A DNA stretch of 64,000 nt from Octopus sinensis (Eukaryota): contig NC_043000.1 of the NCBI RefSeq assembly GCF_006345805.1, forward strand, positions 28,086,001 to 28,150,000, given 5' to 3'. Below the pieces are notes generated by a model, which saw nothing but the letters and a program-made list of their open reading frames with translations, had not been told where the DNA came from and made no database searches. Numbering within the stretch: position 1 is the stretch's first letter; each line of letters starts with the position of its first letter. Positions 62,836 through 64,000 of the stretch are shown one piece after another. Both the position numbers and the translations under genes were made by a program.

Positions 62836-63174
62836 TAAAGTAAAGACCCCTTTCGGTCATGAATGACCATGGGATTGCACCTAGAAAGTTACCCTCCTAG
62901 ACACAAGTCCGGGCAAAGTTGTTTATGGAAGACCAGCAGTCGCCCATGCATACCAGCCTTCCCTCTCCACGCCATCGATGTTATCCAAGGTAAAGTCAAA
63001 GGTCGATACAGCTTGGCACCAGTGACGTCGCAACTCATTTCTACAGCTGAGTGAACTGGAGCAACGTGAAATAAAGTGCTTTGCTCAAGAACACAACACG
63101 CAGCCCGGTCCGGGATTCGAGCTCACAACCTCATGATCGTAAGCTCGACGCTCTAACCACTGAGCCATGCGCCT
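62836..63174 (-). mobile_element. SINE (head C + tail T3)
   Basis: tRNA-like head GGCGCATGGCTCAGTGGTTAGAGCG..CTCGAATCCC on the minus strand. Confidence 0.85.
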
Positions 63175-63208
63175 ATATATATATATATATATATATATAA
63201 CTCCACAA

Positions 63209-63610
63209 GTTGCTTCCCAACCACATGGTTCCGGGTTCAATCTCACTGTGTGGCACTTTAGCCAAGTGTCTACTATACCCTCGGGCCGAACAAAGACTAC
63301 AGAGTGGATTTGGTATACGGAAACTGAAAGAAGCCTGTTGTTTGTTTGTGTATGTGTGTGTATGTGTGTGTGTGTGTGTATGTATGTGTGTGTGTGTGGT
63401 GCGTGTTTTTTTGTCGGTATTTGTCCACCCATCATCGCTTGACAACCGGCGTTAGTGTGTTCACGTTACCGTAACCTAGCAGTTCGGTAAAACGGACCGA
63501 TAGATTAAGTCCAAGGCTTAAAAAAAAACACATGGGTGTCGAGTGTTCGAATAAAACTCATGAAGGCGGTGCTCCAGCATGGACGACATAAAATGACTGT
63601 AACAAGGAGA
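63209..63610 (+). mobile_element. SINE family A, head slightly truncated
   Basis: Collinear with 25080-25460. Confidence 0.8.
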
Positions 63611-64000
63611 AAAAGAAAATAATACATTACAAAACATTGATGGAGACGAAATAAGAATATTAACACATTCCTCTGCCCGTGATGTGCAGAAAAACGAATA
63701 GTAGAAAGTACAGAGTGACAGTTTCATGGCTTGTTGACCACTCTTCAGCGGAGTCGTAGCCGGCTTAATTCTCGGGTCAATGACATAATGCATTCACCTG
63801 TAAAAAGAACACTCATGAAGTAGTGTAGCCCTGTTGTGAATAGACTTATATGCATATTCTTTCTTTTGACTGCCCTTCATTAATTCGAAAGTATATATTG
63901 TACGCACAGTGTATTAAACTGCTGGAGTTTTCAAAGACAGAACAAAGCAAACTAACTCCCGTCTTACAAATCCAATTCGTTAATGATACAATGAGGATGT

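Noticed and set aside
63716-63748. Minus-strand CTGAAGA-GTGG..CCAT-GAAA-CTG-TC hammerhead-like motif
   Set aside because: Core and stem II are present but stem I does not pair and the stem III loop is 1 nt; at best a decayed remnant

Overview
Repeat-saturated, AT-rich animal genomic DNA. The SINE families and very high microsatellite load look like octopus/cephalopod DNA; this is recognition from memory, not a database result. No intact protein-coding gene can be demonstrated, and almost all ORFs in the track are microsatellite or repeat artefacts. The window holds decayed LINEs (CR1-like, RTE, R4/Dong with REL endonuclease), a Penelope-like RT-thumb plus GIY-YIG fragment, three mariner relics, MITEs (Tc1/mariner-, piggyBac- and hAT-like), a non-autonomous Helitron, many tRNA-derived SINEs and two tRNA pseudogenes. 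There is also a housekeeping-type promoter motif cluster at about 18.65-18.73 kb with a few isolated candidate exons. The main unexplained signal is a set of non-coding 300-600 bp repeat families, each carrying a type I hammerhead ribozyme (HHR) or a decayed one. Most end at a (TA)n tract on the 3' side of the ribozyme-sense strand and several share a 3' terminal motif. They occur as monomers with terminal redundancy, as a dimer and as a 4-5-mer array, and often carry a 5' inverted segment. This is the pattern expected of Penelope-mobilised retrozymes that target microsatellites. One dimer carries a compensatory U3-A8 catalytic-core variant.
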